Assembly (NCBI RefSeq): GCF_036365525.1
Contig: NC_090387.1
Location: 88,763,691-88,827,690 of the forward strand
DNA: 64,000 bases
Reading direction: 5' to 3'
DNA from: Heterodontus francisci
Taxonomy: Eukaryota
The position numbers were made by a program, and so were the translations under genes. Shown here piece after piece: positions 52,521 to 64,000 of the stretch (its first letter is position 1; each line of letters begins with the position of its first letter). Below the pieces are notes generated by a model, which saw only the letters and a list, made by a program, of their open reading frames with translations, was not told the origin of the DNA and made no database searches.

Positions 52521-54244
52521 AACAACATCGGAAATAGGAGCTTAAATAGGTCATTTGGCCCTTCGAGCCTGGTACACCATTCAAGAAGATCACGGTTGAT
52601 CTTCTCCCTTAAATCCACCTTCCTGCTTTATCTACATATCCGTCATCCCCTTAGCACTCAAAACTCTATCGAATTCTCTCTTGAACATACCAAAAGTGTG
52701 AATATCCACATCTCTCTGGGGTAGAATTAGAGTGGAGAAATGTTTCCTCATCCCAACCCGTTATTCTGAGACGGTGTTTTGGTGTTGCAGATTCCCCAGC
52801 AAGGGGAAAAATCATTTGCATCTACCTTTCCAAACGGCGTAACAAGCTTATATATTCAATTAGATCACCACTTAAACTCAATTTACCTTCCTAATTGCTT
52901 GTTGTACGTGCAGTTTACATTCTGTGATTCGTGTACAGGAACTCTCAGATCCCTTGGAGTGCTAACATTTTCCAGTCTCTTACAATTCAAGATATAGTCG
53001 TTTCTTTATCACAAAAGGGGATAGCTTCACGTCTCTCCGCATTATAATTCATCTGCCCTATCCTCTCCAACTCACCCTGAGTTCCTATTACCCCTATGCA
53101 CCCTCTTACATCGCTTATTTTTTCACCAAAATTTGTACCGTCAGTAAACCGGAAATGATACTCTCAGCCCCCTCATCTAAGTAATTCATGTCGATTGGAA
53201 ATAGCTCAGACCTAATGGCTCTCCGTAATGTTATTCGTATCCCGCTAGTTCCAGCCTGCCGACCTAAAAATGACCCTCAATTTCCTATTTACTCTTTTCT
53301 GCCATTACTCAGTCCTTCGTTACTCGCAATGTTCCCACCAATCAAATTAACACTAATTTTGGGTAGCAACTACTTGTGTGGAGCCTTAACATATGCATTA
53401 AAAGAAATCCCAACACAAAACAGCCTTTGGTTCCTCGAAATCCACCCTACTAGTTACATTCTACAATCACTAAAAGATTTTCCTTTCATAAATGCGAATT
53501 GATTCTCCATAATCATATCATGGTTTCCCTTAATAGATTCTAGTATATAATCTGCTGCTGATGTTAGCCTGACCGACCTATAGTTCACCAATTTCTCTCT
53601 TCACCCTTTCTTAATTAGTATCTTTATATTGCTACCTTCCAATTGTTTGGAACTGTTCTATATGTTAATGAAGTCTGGAACACCAAAACCTATTCATCCA
53701 CTATCTCAGCAGCAACTTTTTTTTTATATCTTAGGGTACAGGGCATCAGGGCCAAGAGATTTTTCGCCGCTTAGTCTTATTAATTTCTCCCAGCACTTCT
53801 TTTCAACTTATATTGATTTCTTCAAGTTCTTCATTCTCAATAAATCCTTATTTCCTCATTATTTCCGGAATGGTTTTCTGTCTTCTATCTTGAAGATAGA
53901 TACGAAGTTTTTTTTTAAATGTTTCCGTCATTTCCTATTATAATTTCACCCGTTTCTACCTCTAATGGAACAACGTTTACTGTCACAAATATTTTCCAAT
54001 ATACATACCTATGGAAACGTATGCCATCTGTTTTTATGGCTTTTGCTGGACTACGCTCATACTCACTTTCCTATTTTGTGATCAATTTCTTGATCCTCCT
54101 TTGCTACATTCCAAAATGTTCTTATTATTCAGACTTCCTACTCCTATTAGCAACATTGTAAGCCACTTCTTTTGATCTAATACAATCTGTAACATCACTT
54201 CTTAGCCACAGTTCGACTACTGTTTTGCGTTTTCTTGGCATATT

Positions 54245-54249
<5 letters not shown>

Positions 54250-54284
<35 letters not shown>
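54250..54284. repeat. (TA)n microsatellite at the RTE 3' end
   Basis: Direct reading. Confidence 0.95.
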
Positions 54285-54286
<2 letters not shown>

Positions 54287-55390
54287 TTGGCCTCCTTGTC
54301 TCGACAGACAATGGGTAAGCGCCTGGAGGTGGTCAGTGGCTTGTGAAGCAGCGCCTGGTGTGGCTATATAGGCCAATTCTAGAGTGACAGGCTCTTCCAC
54401 AGGTGCTGCAGATAAAATTGATTGTCGGGGCTGTTACACACTTGGCTCTCCACTTACGCTTCTGTCTTTTTTCCTGCCAACTGCTGAGTCTCTTTGACTC
54501 GCCACACTTCAGCCCCGCCTTTATGGCTGCCCGCCAGCGCTGGTGATCACTGGCGACTGACTCCCACGACTTGTGATCAATGTCACAGAAATTTTATTTC
54601 GCGTTTGTAGACATCTTTAAAGTGAAGACATGGATGGCCGGTGGATCTGATACCAGTGATCAGCTTGTTGTACAATGTGTCCTTGGGGATCCTGCTAGCT
54701 GCCATGCGGCTCACATGGCCAAGCCATCCCAAGTGCCGCTGGCTCAGTAGGTTGTATATGCTGGGGATGTTGGCTGTCTCAAGGACTCCTGTGTTGGCGA
54801 TGTGGTCCTGCCACCTAATGGCAAGGACTCTCCAGAGGCAGCGAAGATGGAATGAATTGAGACGTTGCTCTTGGCTGACATACATTGTCCAGGCCTCGCT
54901 GCCATAGAGCAAAGTACTGAGGACACAGGCTTGATACACTCGGACTTTTGTGTTCTGTGTCAGTGCGCCATTATCCCAGTCTCTCTTGGCCAGACTGAAC
55001 ATAGCAGTGGAAGCCTTTCCCATGTGCTTGTTGATTTCTGCATCGAGGGACAGGTTACTGGTGATAGTTGAGCCTAGGTAGGTTAACTCTTGAACAACTT
55101 CCAGAGTGTGGTCACCGATATTGATGGATGGAGCATTTCTGACGTCCTGTCCCATGATGTTTGTTTTCTTGAGGCTGATGGTTAGGCCAAATTCGTTGCA
55201 GGCAGCCGCAATCCTGTCGATGAGTCTCTGCAGACGCTCTTCAGTGTGAGATGTTAATGAAGCAAAGAGGAGTTCCTGATGAGGACTTTCCATACTTTCG
55301 TCTTCGCTCTTAGAAGGACAAGGTTGAACAACCTGCCATCTGATCTTGTGTGGAGCAAAATTCCTTCTTCTGAAGACTTGAACGCATGTG
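54285..55390 (-). mobile_element. 5'-truncated RTE LINE (same family), flanked by (TA)n and (TG)n
   Basis: ORF 54583-55293 is nearly colinear with 18117-19304 and shares the 3' end (gacaaggaggccaaag). Lies inside a minus-strand CR1. Confidence 0.9.
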
Positions 55391-55789
55391 TGTGTATTTA
55401 TATATATATGTGTGTGTGTGTGTGCGTGTGTGTATGTATATATTCAAATTATATATTCATTCAGTAAAGTTAAGACACGATTTGTCTGCTGTTATTTTTG
55501 TTTTAATGTAGTTTTCAAATCTATCTGAAACAACTCACCTGACATACTTACATTGCACGATTTGTTTTCGAGAAATAAGACACAAGCTTTGCACTTAAGT
55601 AAGTCACTTTCAAATTCAATATAACATTTTGTCTCATAATGTTCACTCTTCCCTGGAGGCCCTTTTACTACAAGGTTAATTAATATGTTTTCATTGGAAA
55701 ATACTACTTCGAAAATATCGTGTTCCGTAGTTGGTTCCTCGATATACTGACCCGGAAAAAAAGTTGAGTGCATTCCATGAACTCCTCAT

Positions 55790-56230
55790 CCATACATATA
55801 CACCAGAAGTTCGACACCATCCACGACGAAGAAACCTACTTGACTGACACCACCCTCCACCACCAGATCACTATGTCTGTAGTGTGTACTATCTACTAGA
55901 GGTACTGCAAAACATCACCAGGGCTCCTTCGATACAATTTTCATACTCACCATCTTCACCACCTAGAACAAAGATGGTACTTCGATGGGAACACCAACAC
56001 CTTCAAATTCCCATCCAAGTCAAGCACCATGGTGATGTATAAATATGTTGCTGTTCCTTCACTGTTGCTGCATCTAAATTCTGGCCGCTTCCCTTACAGC
56101 ACTGTGCATGCACCTACAGCACAAGGCCTGCTGCAATTCAAGAAAGTATCTCAAATCCACTTTCTCAAGGGTAATTAGGGATGGGCAATAAACTCTGACC
56201 TTTTGAGCGACAATCACATCCCAGGATGAT
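55790..56230 (+). mobile_element. 3' end of a second-family CR1-clade LINE
   Basis: Reverse complement of 24480-24920 (gggcaataaa.., gacaatcacatccca). Confidence 0.6.
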
Positions 56231-57453
56231 TTTTTTAAAATACAGAAGTTGCCCCACAAGGATGCTATAAATTCACTTTCAAATAGATTCGGCAATAAAA
56301 TCCAAGTAAAAGCGTGAGGCTGTGACACGTGCTCTCTAGTCAGCCATAAACATCCCAAAAATGTTTGCGATCAGATGTCAGTAAATGTGCAACGTCATGA
56401 TCAGTTTTATTCACTTCTCCGGCCTCAATGCACGTTTCCACGTGTGCGGCTCATTGCCTTGGAAATTACACAGTGTTTTTTTTTTGATACATTGAAGACA
56501 TTAATTGATTTTTTTTCTTTCTCCCTTCTCTTTCTTAATTGCATCTTTCATTCAATCTCTTTATTTCAATTCCTTTGCATGTTGTTGCAGCGAGTTCAAT
56601 ATTTTAATGTACCCATTCCTGGTTCAGAATCGGCATGTGCCATTAAGGATTTCCCAGTCTGTTTGGTTCAAGAGCTGCGGTGTTACTTTTCCTGTTCACG
56701 AATGCCAGCAATCACCTGTCTCGTATTCGTACTGAATACATCTCTAGCAATAATACATCTCGAGCTCAAAAGCCTCCGAAATGTGTGTGCTTACTGACTG
56801 GCGAGAAACGTTCATTTGCCAGTGACCACATAATCTGGGCCACGATGTTACGTCCTGTACAGCAAGCAGATTAAAGGGATCGAAATAGCTGGGATTCAGA
56901 GAGAGAGAGAGAGTTGGGGGTGGTGGGGGTGGAAGATAAAATAGAGTAAAAAGTAAACGTTAAAAAAAATCCAACATTGAATTTGAAATAATTCCGTAAT
57001 TTTATAAATGCATGTTTCAAGGCCAGAGAGGATGGGTAAAGTTATTCAAACTTATAACATCATTCCACAGCTGCACGGCTCAGCTCTAACAGTTTATGAT
57101 ATGTTTAGTTGGTATCCAGTGGTAAGTACCGCAACTTCACAGCAATCATGTTTTCGAATACCAGCTCTGTCCTGAAGTACCATGCTGATGGCGCTTTTGG
57201 AGGAGGAAGGTACATTGGTGGTAACTTCGTAATTTTCGCGTTAACGGCATGTGTGGAGACGTCAGAATTTGTGTTCCGATTTGTTATAATAACCGTGAGC
57301 GCTGAAGGGCTCACCATTATTTCTAATGCAATATTCTCACCCTCTACTTTAACGGTTTAAGTATCATATGGGAGATACTAAGTCATCAATTGCTGCACCC
57401 CAAACTAAGGATGAAACATGTGTTCCTTGATATACTTCCTTGTCTTTTTTCAG

Positions 57454-57468
57454 CCCGAAAAAAACAAC
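57454..57468 (+). CDS. Putative 15-nt cytoplasmic micro-exon (PEKNN)
   Basis: cttccttgtcttttttcag|CCCGAAAAAAACAAC|gtgaga; strong pyrimidine tract, frame-neutral, phase 0-0. Confidence 0.5.
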
Positions 57469-58182
57469 GTGAGATCAATTTGTTTTATTACTATTTATAA
57501 AGTAATTTCACATCAAATTCATGCTAGGGTCTTGAATATAAAGGGATGCTGTACTCCGCATTTATTACAACATGTTAATGAACCATAATGTCATTTATCT
57601 GACCACATATATTCCATTTGGTTGCGCTGACGCGTACAACATTTATTCCTGGAATGTTAGTTACATATCTACTCCAGTAATTGTCAACATGTAAATAATA
57701 AATCGTTGTTAATGAAAATGTTAGCATTTTCTAATCCATGGGAATTATCTATATTGCTTCCCTGTGAGCTGTTGTTTGCGGAAATAAAAAGGGAAATGTG
57801 TTAAGGCTCTACAGAATTGATAAGATGACGCGAATATGCTGCCTTAGTTATTGATCATATGTAAAGGCTTCTTGATTTTATTTAAATTCCAGGAATAGTA
57901 TCACAAAACATTTCAAATATTGACTTTCTAGAAAGAACAAGGGGCAGCTGACAATAACCTGACGTACGCGGCTCTGGATCTGATCGATAGCAAGAAAACT
58001 GTGAAACCAAAACAAAGGGAAGAGAGTACAGTATATGCGGAGGTACAGCTGAGTCTATGCGTGAAAACAATAATTATCTAAATCAGTATAAGTTTGGTTT
58101 TGAAATGATTCTGATATTTAATTTGAAGTAATTTCCATTTGAATTAATTTTAAGAAATATTAAAACAAGCATTGTTTTACAG

Positions 58183-58311
58183 ACCAAACATAGAGCCGCT
58201 GACAGCAAACTCACTTATGCTGCTTTGAGCATAAGTGATTCCAAAAAAGCGTCGAAACGGCAACAGGACGAAGCACGCCCAATATACGCTGTGGTGAATA
58301 CCAGCAGATAA
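58183..58311 (+). CDS. IgSF receptor terminal exon with ITIM (LTYAAL) and second Tyr motif (PIYAVV), copy 1
   Basis: attgttttacag|ACC... = TKHRAADSKLTYAALSISDSKKASKRQQDEARPIYAVVNTSR*; phase 0 fits the upstream exons. Confidence 0.8.
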   Translation, partial: TKHRAADSKLTYAALSISDSKKASKRQQDEARPIYAVVNTSR

Positions 58312-59200
58312 TTTAGGCAAAGATGGACACGTTAAAAACATTCCAGGGATATTTTTGTCACTGATGCGTTTACGTTGTTTGTTTATTTTACTCTACTGTC
58401 GTAGTGTCGTTTCTTCAGGTCTTGTGATCTTTCCCAAAGCGTCGAGCAAGTTGTTCTAACCACGGTTCTTTATTGGAATTCACTTCCGTGTCCTCACTCA
58501 AGCACTAGGTGCTTATAAAGTAATTTCACATCAAATTCATGCTAGGGTCTTGAATATAAAGGGATGCTGTACTCCGCATTTATTACAACATGTTAATGAA
58601 CCATAATGTCATTTATCTGACCACATATATTCCATTTGGTTGCGCTGACGCGTACAACTTTTATTCCTGGAATGTTAGTTACATATCTACTCCAGTAATT
58701 GTCAACATGTAAATAATAAATCGTTGTTAATGAAAATGTTAGCATTTTCTAATCCATGGGAATTATCTATATTGCTTCCCTGTGAGCTGTTGTTTGCGGA
58801 AATAAAAAGGGAAATGTGTTAAGGCTCTACAGAATTGATAAGATGACGCGAATATGCTGCCTTAGTTATTGATCATATGTAAAGGCATCTTGATTTTATT
58901 TAAATTCCAGGAATAGTATCACAAAACATTTCAAATATTGACTTTCTAGAAAGAACAAGGGGCAGCTGACAATAACCTGACGTACGCGGCTCTGGATCTG
59001 ATCGATAGCAAGAAAACTGTGAAACCAAAACAAAGGGAAGAGAGTACAGTATATGCGGAGGTACAGCTGAGTCTATGCGTGAAAACAATAATTATCTAAA
59101 TCAGTATAAGTTTGGTTTTGAAATGATTCTGATATTTAATTTGAAGTAATTTCCATTTGAATTAATTTTAAGAAATATTAAAACAAGCATTGTTTTACAG

Positions 59201-59329
59201 ACCAAACATAGAGCCGCTGACAGCAAACTCACTTATGCTGCTTTGAGCATAAGTGATTCCAAAAAAGCGTCGAAACGGCAACAGGACGAAGCACGCCCAA
59301 TATACGCTGTGGTGAATACCAGCAGATAA
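59201..59329 (+). CDS. Duplicate ITIM terminal exon, copy 2
   Basis: Same acceptor and identical coding sequence 1018 bp downstream of copy 1. Confidence 0.6.
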   Translation, partial: TKHRAADSKLTYAALSISDSKKASKRQQDEARPIYAVVNTSR

Positions 59330-61687
59330 CTTAGGCAATGATGGACACGTTAAAAACATTCCAGGGATATTTTTGTCACTGATGCGTTTACGTTGTTTGT
59401 TTATTTTACTCTACTGTCGTAGTGTCGTTTCTTCAGGTCTTGTGATCTTTCCCAAAGCGTCGAGTAAGTTGTTCTAACCACGGTTCTTTATTGGAATTCA
59501 CTTCCGTGTCCTCACTCAAGCACTGGGTGTTAATCAAAATCAAAATTGGTTTTCCTGCAACAGTCAACAGTTCCCCTTTTGCCTCCCATCAAATTTGACA
59601 CAGTGAACAGCTACAATATTACCTAATGTTTTTGGTTGCAGCCCGCCTCCGTGCTATGTGCTCTCATGATCCTGCTTGCGCGGTTAAACAAGGCGATTAC
59701 TATTGTTCTCCCTTTTACTATTTCCCGCTCACACGTTTTCAGGATTTTTACCTTGGGATGTTTCTTACGGCTTCGACTTTCAGGAATGATGTTTTTGTTT
59801 AATCTCTAATTTCAAATGTTTCATTTAATTTTCTGACAGTTGAATTGTTACTGCAGCATATTACAATCTCAGCAATAGTTCTTCCCTTTGTTTATTGCTT
59901 ATCTTCTAACCACTCCACTTTTGCTGAGTTATATTAAAATGTTGTTGTGTCATTGTTACATGCAGACGAGGAAGCAAGACCCACGTATGAACTATAGGTT
60001 CTCTACACAGTGGCAGACTGGCTCGTCTGTTCACTTTTTCGACATGACTTAGTAAATTTCATGGTGGTTTCATAATTATTACCACAACACGTCCAATTCC
60101 TTGTCGCCCTCTGTCCACGGGATGAACTAGTGATCTATAAAATCGTAATGTTAGATTCCAATTACCTTTATTAACTTTCAGTATTAAACTTTGCTAGATT
60201 ATGCTAGATCAAGTTTATTAAGTTACTTTTAGCCTATAGTTCTATTCTCCTCTTCAAAATTAAGTTTCTGAGGCACAATGGGCATAGAAGTGTGTTTAGA
60301 TCGTTGCATTCTTATTCTCGCTTTCAGTACTCATCTTCAAAATACATTGGACACCGCAGGAGTGCACTAGCGCACAACAGACAAGGAACCTGAAAAGAAA
60401 ATGGGCAAGTAGAGGGGTTCACGTGAGAAAACTATGGAATTCGTGAGACATCAGCCTTAAGACATTCAACACTATGCATGGCCTGGATTGCCGGCCAACC
60501 ACGAAAAAGCTTCTTGGGTAGTGGGAATGAAATTAGCTGTAGTGCCTGATGGCATGTTTCGGGAGGAGATTGCTTTGTTTGGATGTATTGAGCGACCACC
60601 AAAGATGAAAGGCAAAGCAGGAGTCTCCAGCTACGCTATCTGCCCAGAAGGAAAGTGGGAAACTTTATTCGAATAATGTAAATCACTGCTTATGTACTAG
60701 AATGTATTAAAACTCGCCTGTGCTTCGAATAAAACAAACTGTTGTTAACCAAGTTTGATGTCATCTGGACTAATATTACAACAGTAGTGAGCAAGCCAGA
60801 AGCAGGTGACTAGTGTCTTCCATTTTTTCTTTGCGTTCAGGCGGATTCCTCCGATGCGCAGGATGCAATCAACTCTCTGTGTTAAGGGAGGACAACCATT
60901 CGATACGGAAGTGAAGGATTTGTGGTGCTATCGAGCTAATCTTGGTGACATACATTGAAGCCCCCATGCAGAGTCCATTCTGTGACCTTGCCAACCGCAG
61001 TGCATTTTCCAAGTAGTATTCAACATGCATGAATACTTATTCATCATTTTAAGGAGTATGGTAGGTAACAATCAAAGGGAAGTTTCATTACCCATGTTTG
61101 ACCTGATGCATTGAGACTTGATGTTGACTGCAGTCAATGTTGAGTACTGCCAACATCAGTGTGTCGCCAATTCTGGTGAGTCTGACCTGCATGCGGGGGA
61201 TAGTGAAGGAGGATTCAGGGATGTTCGGTGGAAGTTATGATTCGAGGTGTGCGACTGAGAAGGGGCCGCAACACGGAAAAAAACTGTCCAATTCCGATCA
61301 CACATGCTACAGCCGCCCTTTGGCCAGAGAAACAGGCAAGGTAAATCAGCTCGTCGAGACGTTGCAGGTTGCCCTAAAAGAGAAGGAACCAGCCGTGGCC
61401 ATGCAGGGCCAGATCAATGAAATTAAAAGTGAAGCACCGTCCTTTATCTCGTTCAGGGTTGCAGCGATGACCCTTGGATTAAATCAGTTTATCGGGTGAC
61501 CATAAGCATGGGCTTGTGGTCCAAAAATGCATTTAACAAAAAGAACATTAATGATAATGAGTGATACCACAGTTACTTCATGATGAGGTAGCCCGTTGTG
61601 CAAATGTATCGTGAGCAGCAAAATGTTTACAGATCGTAAGGCTAGTACAGCATAGGAAGTGCATGCGTATTGATCTGGCTATGAACG

Positions 61688-64000
61688 TGATACAAACAGG
61701 TGAGAAAGGTGTCAAGGGGTCTTTTACTGTCTTCACCTGGTCTTATTGCAACAGGGTTTGAATTGTAAACACGTTGTGTTTTGAACTCCCCACTTGGTGA
61801 TTCTTTATTCACCACTTTCAAATTATACGGCAAAGAAATGAGCAGAAACAGGCTTTCTTCGGTTTAAAGACGAAAAGTAAAATGTTATTAAAATTTAAAC
61901 TTAAACGCGAATCTGGTTAACGCCTACGTATACACACCAGACCCCTCGCTAGCATGCATGCGCGATATGTAAATAGGGACAGAAAAGAGCAGAAGAAAAA
62001 TAAAGTGGAGAGGTTTGAGGCACTATCAGAAGATTTTCTTGTTTAATGTGCTTCAAGCTCACTGCAGTCCTTTTGTAAGTAGTCTTCATTTCCGTTGGGG
62101 CCCAGTATTCTTCTTAAACCTTGTTCACTGGAGGAGACTTTTCTCTCTTGGGGATCATATGTCTTGAATGGTTTACAAAGCTGATATGAGTGAGATGAGA
62201 GCAGACAGGAGAGAGGTCTTTTCAGTCCAGCACCTAACAGCCCTCCGAGTTTCCAACACTCTGTTGCATGTTCAAAATTCAAAAAACTCTAACAGTCAGC
62301 CAGTCATGTGACTAAACTGATCTGACCACGTCTGTTTGTGTATCCGGCCATCTTAGTTGTCAACATGGAATTCTTCAACTTCTGGCAATCAAAGGTCCAT
62401 TGTGGGTTAACTTGGAGCAGGGAATAGCCCGTTTGTCCTTTGCAGTCCTTTGTCTGTTGATATGTTAATATCCCTCGCTAGCCAAAGACTCTTTTTTTTT
62501 TAAAGCAAGTTCTTTCTTCACCAACAACAGTCCAAAATCAATGTTCATGTAGCAAAATTAATTTTCCTCATTCTTGGCAGGTGGAGGTTTGCCTAACACT
62601 TACACACCCTGTGGAATGAAATTCGATTTGAAAAAAATGGCACATTTCATTACCGGGTTTGAAAGAATTTTAAGATACAGAAAAAAACAGGCATTTCTCT
62701 CGTTCATTTCCATTCATTCATCAATCTTAAAACTTAGTAAACTGGTCGTTTCTGGGGGCCAAGGCTGCTTTAATTTTCCCTTTTTTCTCAGGAGAGTGGG
62801 CGGGTCTATCCTAACTCTCTGAGTCATGGAAAGACATTTGACTTCAGGGGATGGGTAATTCCCTATTCTTCTGACTGTGGGGGTGGATTCTTTGTTAATC
62901 TCCTCTTTGTGGTCTGGGATACTTTTACCTGCAGATATTTGTGCAGACTTGACTGCACTCTCCTGTGATACTTCGACTAGGTGAGGCATCGCCCTCATGG
63001 ATTCACTACCCCCTAGAGGCCTCTCTTTGTATCTGCAGGTTGCTGCAAATGTTCTTAACAACTCTGGTGAGGTGCTTCTAGAGTCTGCATTTACATAGGA
63101 GGATGTGGGGTCTACCTTTTCAAATTTTGCAGGGCTGATTGACCGGACCATAGGGGTTTTCATCTGGGGTCTTCCTGTACTTCCTTTAACCTGCTCTCTT
63201 GGTCATTTGTTCCCCTCCTCTTTCTAAACTTTTGACAGTGGTATGCCTGCCTTTTGTTCTCGGCGGGGGTCCCTTACAGTTCACAAGCCCCCTGCTGGAG
63301 GGTCATCCTAACACCAGTACAGGACCTAGGGGTGCAGGTTTCATTGTAGGTTGGGATTTGCCTCAAGCTGGCACATGTGGCTACTCCTGCAGTACTTCAC
63401 CATAACTTTGTGGAGTTTTGGCTCGTCAAACCGCTGTCTTATCGGGCTTTGGTCTTTCATACACAGGCATGTACAGCCACTGCAGTCCCGTGGGCCATTC
63501 TCAATATTTCTCTCCGGTACCTCCGTGACATCATAAACTGGTGAATTACTCCCCACTCCTTGCCCTCAGGTCTGTGAAGAGAACTTAATTTCCTCATCAG
63601 TACCTATTTATTTAAACAGTAGCAATCAGGAACTCCCTCTGCTTCACTTTCAGACTAGGCACCTGTGCTAACTCTTACAACACTGGGTCGGCTCACTGAG
63701 CCTCACCTAGGGAAACTCTATTCAATTGATTCCCTAGGTCTACTAACTTTCCAAAGGAAGTCTCGGACAGACAGACCTCATTGTCATGTGCCTGCAGTGC
63801 AAATGCAGTATCCCCAGGGGCGCGCTGGTTTGATCATGTCCTGATCCATTACACACTCAGGGACTCTGCAGGGGGCTGTCGCCTGCCACTGCCCTGTCTC
63901 TCTGACCTCCTGCTGTCTTTCTTTCACCAGTGGCGGGGGGGGGGGGGGGGGGAGGAGGGGGCTACTACCTTCACCCCTGCCAGATCATTATCGAAGAATA
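61688..64000 (-). mobile_element. Second, degenerate Gmr1-related LTR element (3' LTR ~61688-62598), continuing past the window
   Basis: Minus-strand EAEGVPDCYCL..LMRKLSSLHRPEGKEW (~63550-63650) resembles EVKGVLEGYYV..LRRKGRLPHRPADEDW in the first element. TG..CA-bounded ~900-bp LTR-like block. Confidence 0.55.

Larger units (their letters stand above)
52530..55780 (-). mobile_element. Old CR1 (intronic), interrupted by RTE
   Basis: Minus-strand EEPTTEHDIFEVVFSN..GKSEH (APE end) and VAYNVANRSRKSE, similar to the 11691-13873 element. Confidence 0.65.
57495..59529 (+). repeat. Direct tandem duplication with a 1018-bp period (57495-58511 / 58513-59529)
   Basis: Both units start ttataaagtaatttcacatc and end ctcactcaagcact(a/g)ggtg. 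About six substitutions seen by eye and no indels. Identical ORFs at 57882-58070 and 58900-59088. Confidence 0.95.

Noticed and set aside
57495-59529. CRISPR-like or other repeat-spacer array anywhere in the window
   Set aside because: Only a two-unit 1-kb duplication and microsatellites are present, and the sequence is eukaryotic.
59600-59630. CACAGTG heptamers here and elsewhere as possible RSS
   Set aside because: No ACAAAAACC-like nonamer at 12 or 23 bp; the other occurrences lie in SINE, LINE or LTR sequence.
59940-60783. Possible solo LTR (TGTTGT...ACAACA with AATAAA near the end)
   Set aside because: No TSD or second copy in the window; it could equally be 3' UTR or flank.

Overview
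Repeat-rich vertebrate genomic DNA with no prokaryotic features. The SINE, CR1, RTE and Penelope-like families point to a cartilaginous fish (inference). The one convincing host gene lies on the + strand (about 45434-58311). It encodes a non-rearranging, antigen-receptor-like IgSF membrane protein: leader, V-set, C1-set, TM and a cytoplasmic tail with an ITIM and a second Tyr motif, about 317-327 aa. A perfect CRE/TCR-Vbeta-type decamer precedes it, and its ITIM exon is duplicated in a near-identical 1018-bp tandem repeat. A decayed paralogous V exon (24162-24437) and a possible charged-TM exon (2979-3116, minus strand) suggest a receptor cluster. The rest is mostly nested mobile DNA. A Gmr1-like Ty3/gypsy element (SCAN-gag, PR-IN-RT-RH order) carries CR1, SINE, RTE and Penelope insertions. 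A defective spuma/loki-like endogenous retrovirus has LTRs, a Lys PBS, a PPT, a YVDD RT and two RNase H regions. There are also a Harbinger transposase relic, many CR1/L2/RTE fragments, V-SINEs and short Penelope-derived inserts carrying minimal hammerhead-ribozyme motifs. Exon models rest on splice consensus, phase and motifs only, and repeat boundaries are approximate.
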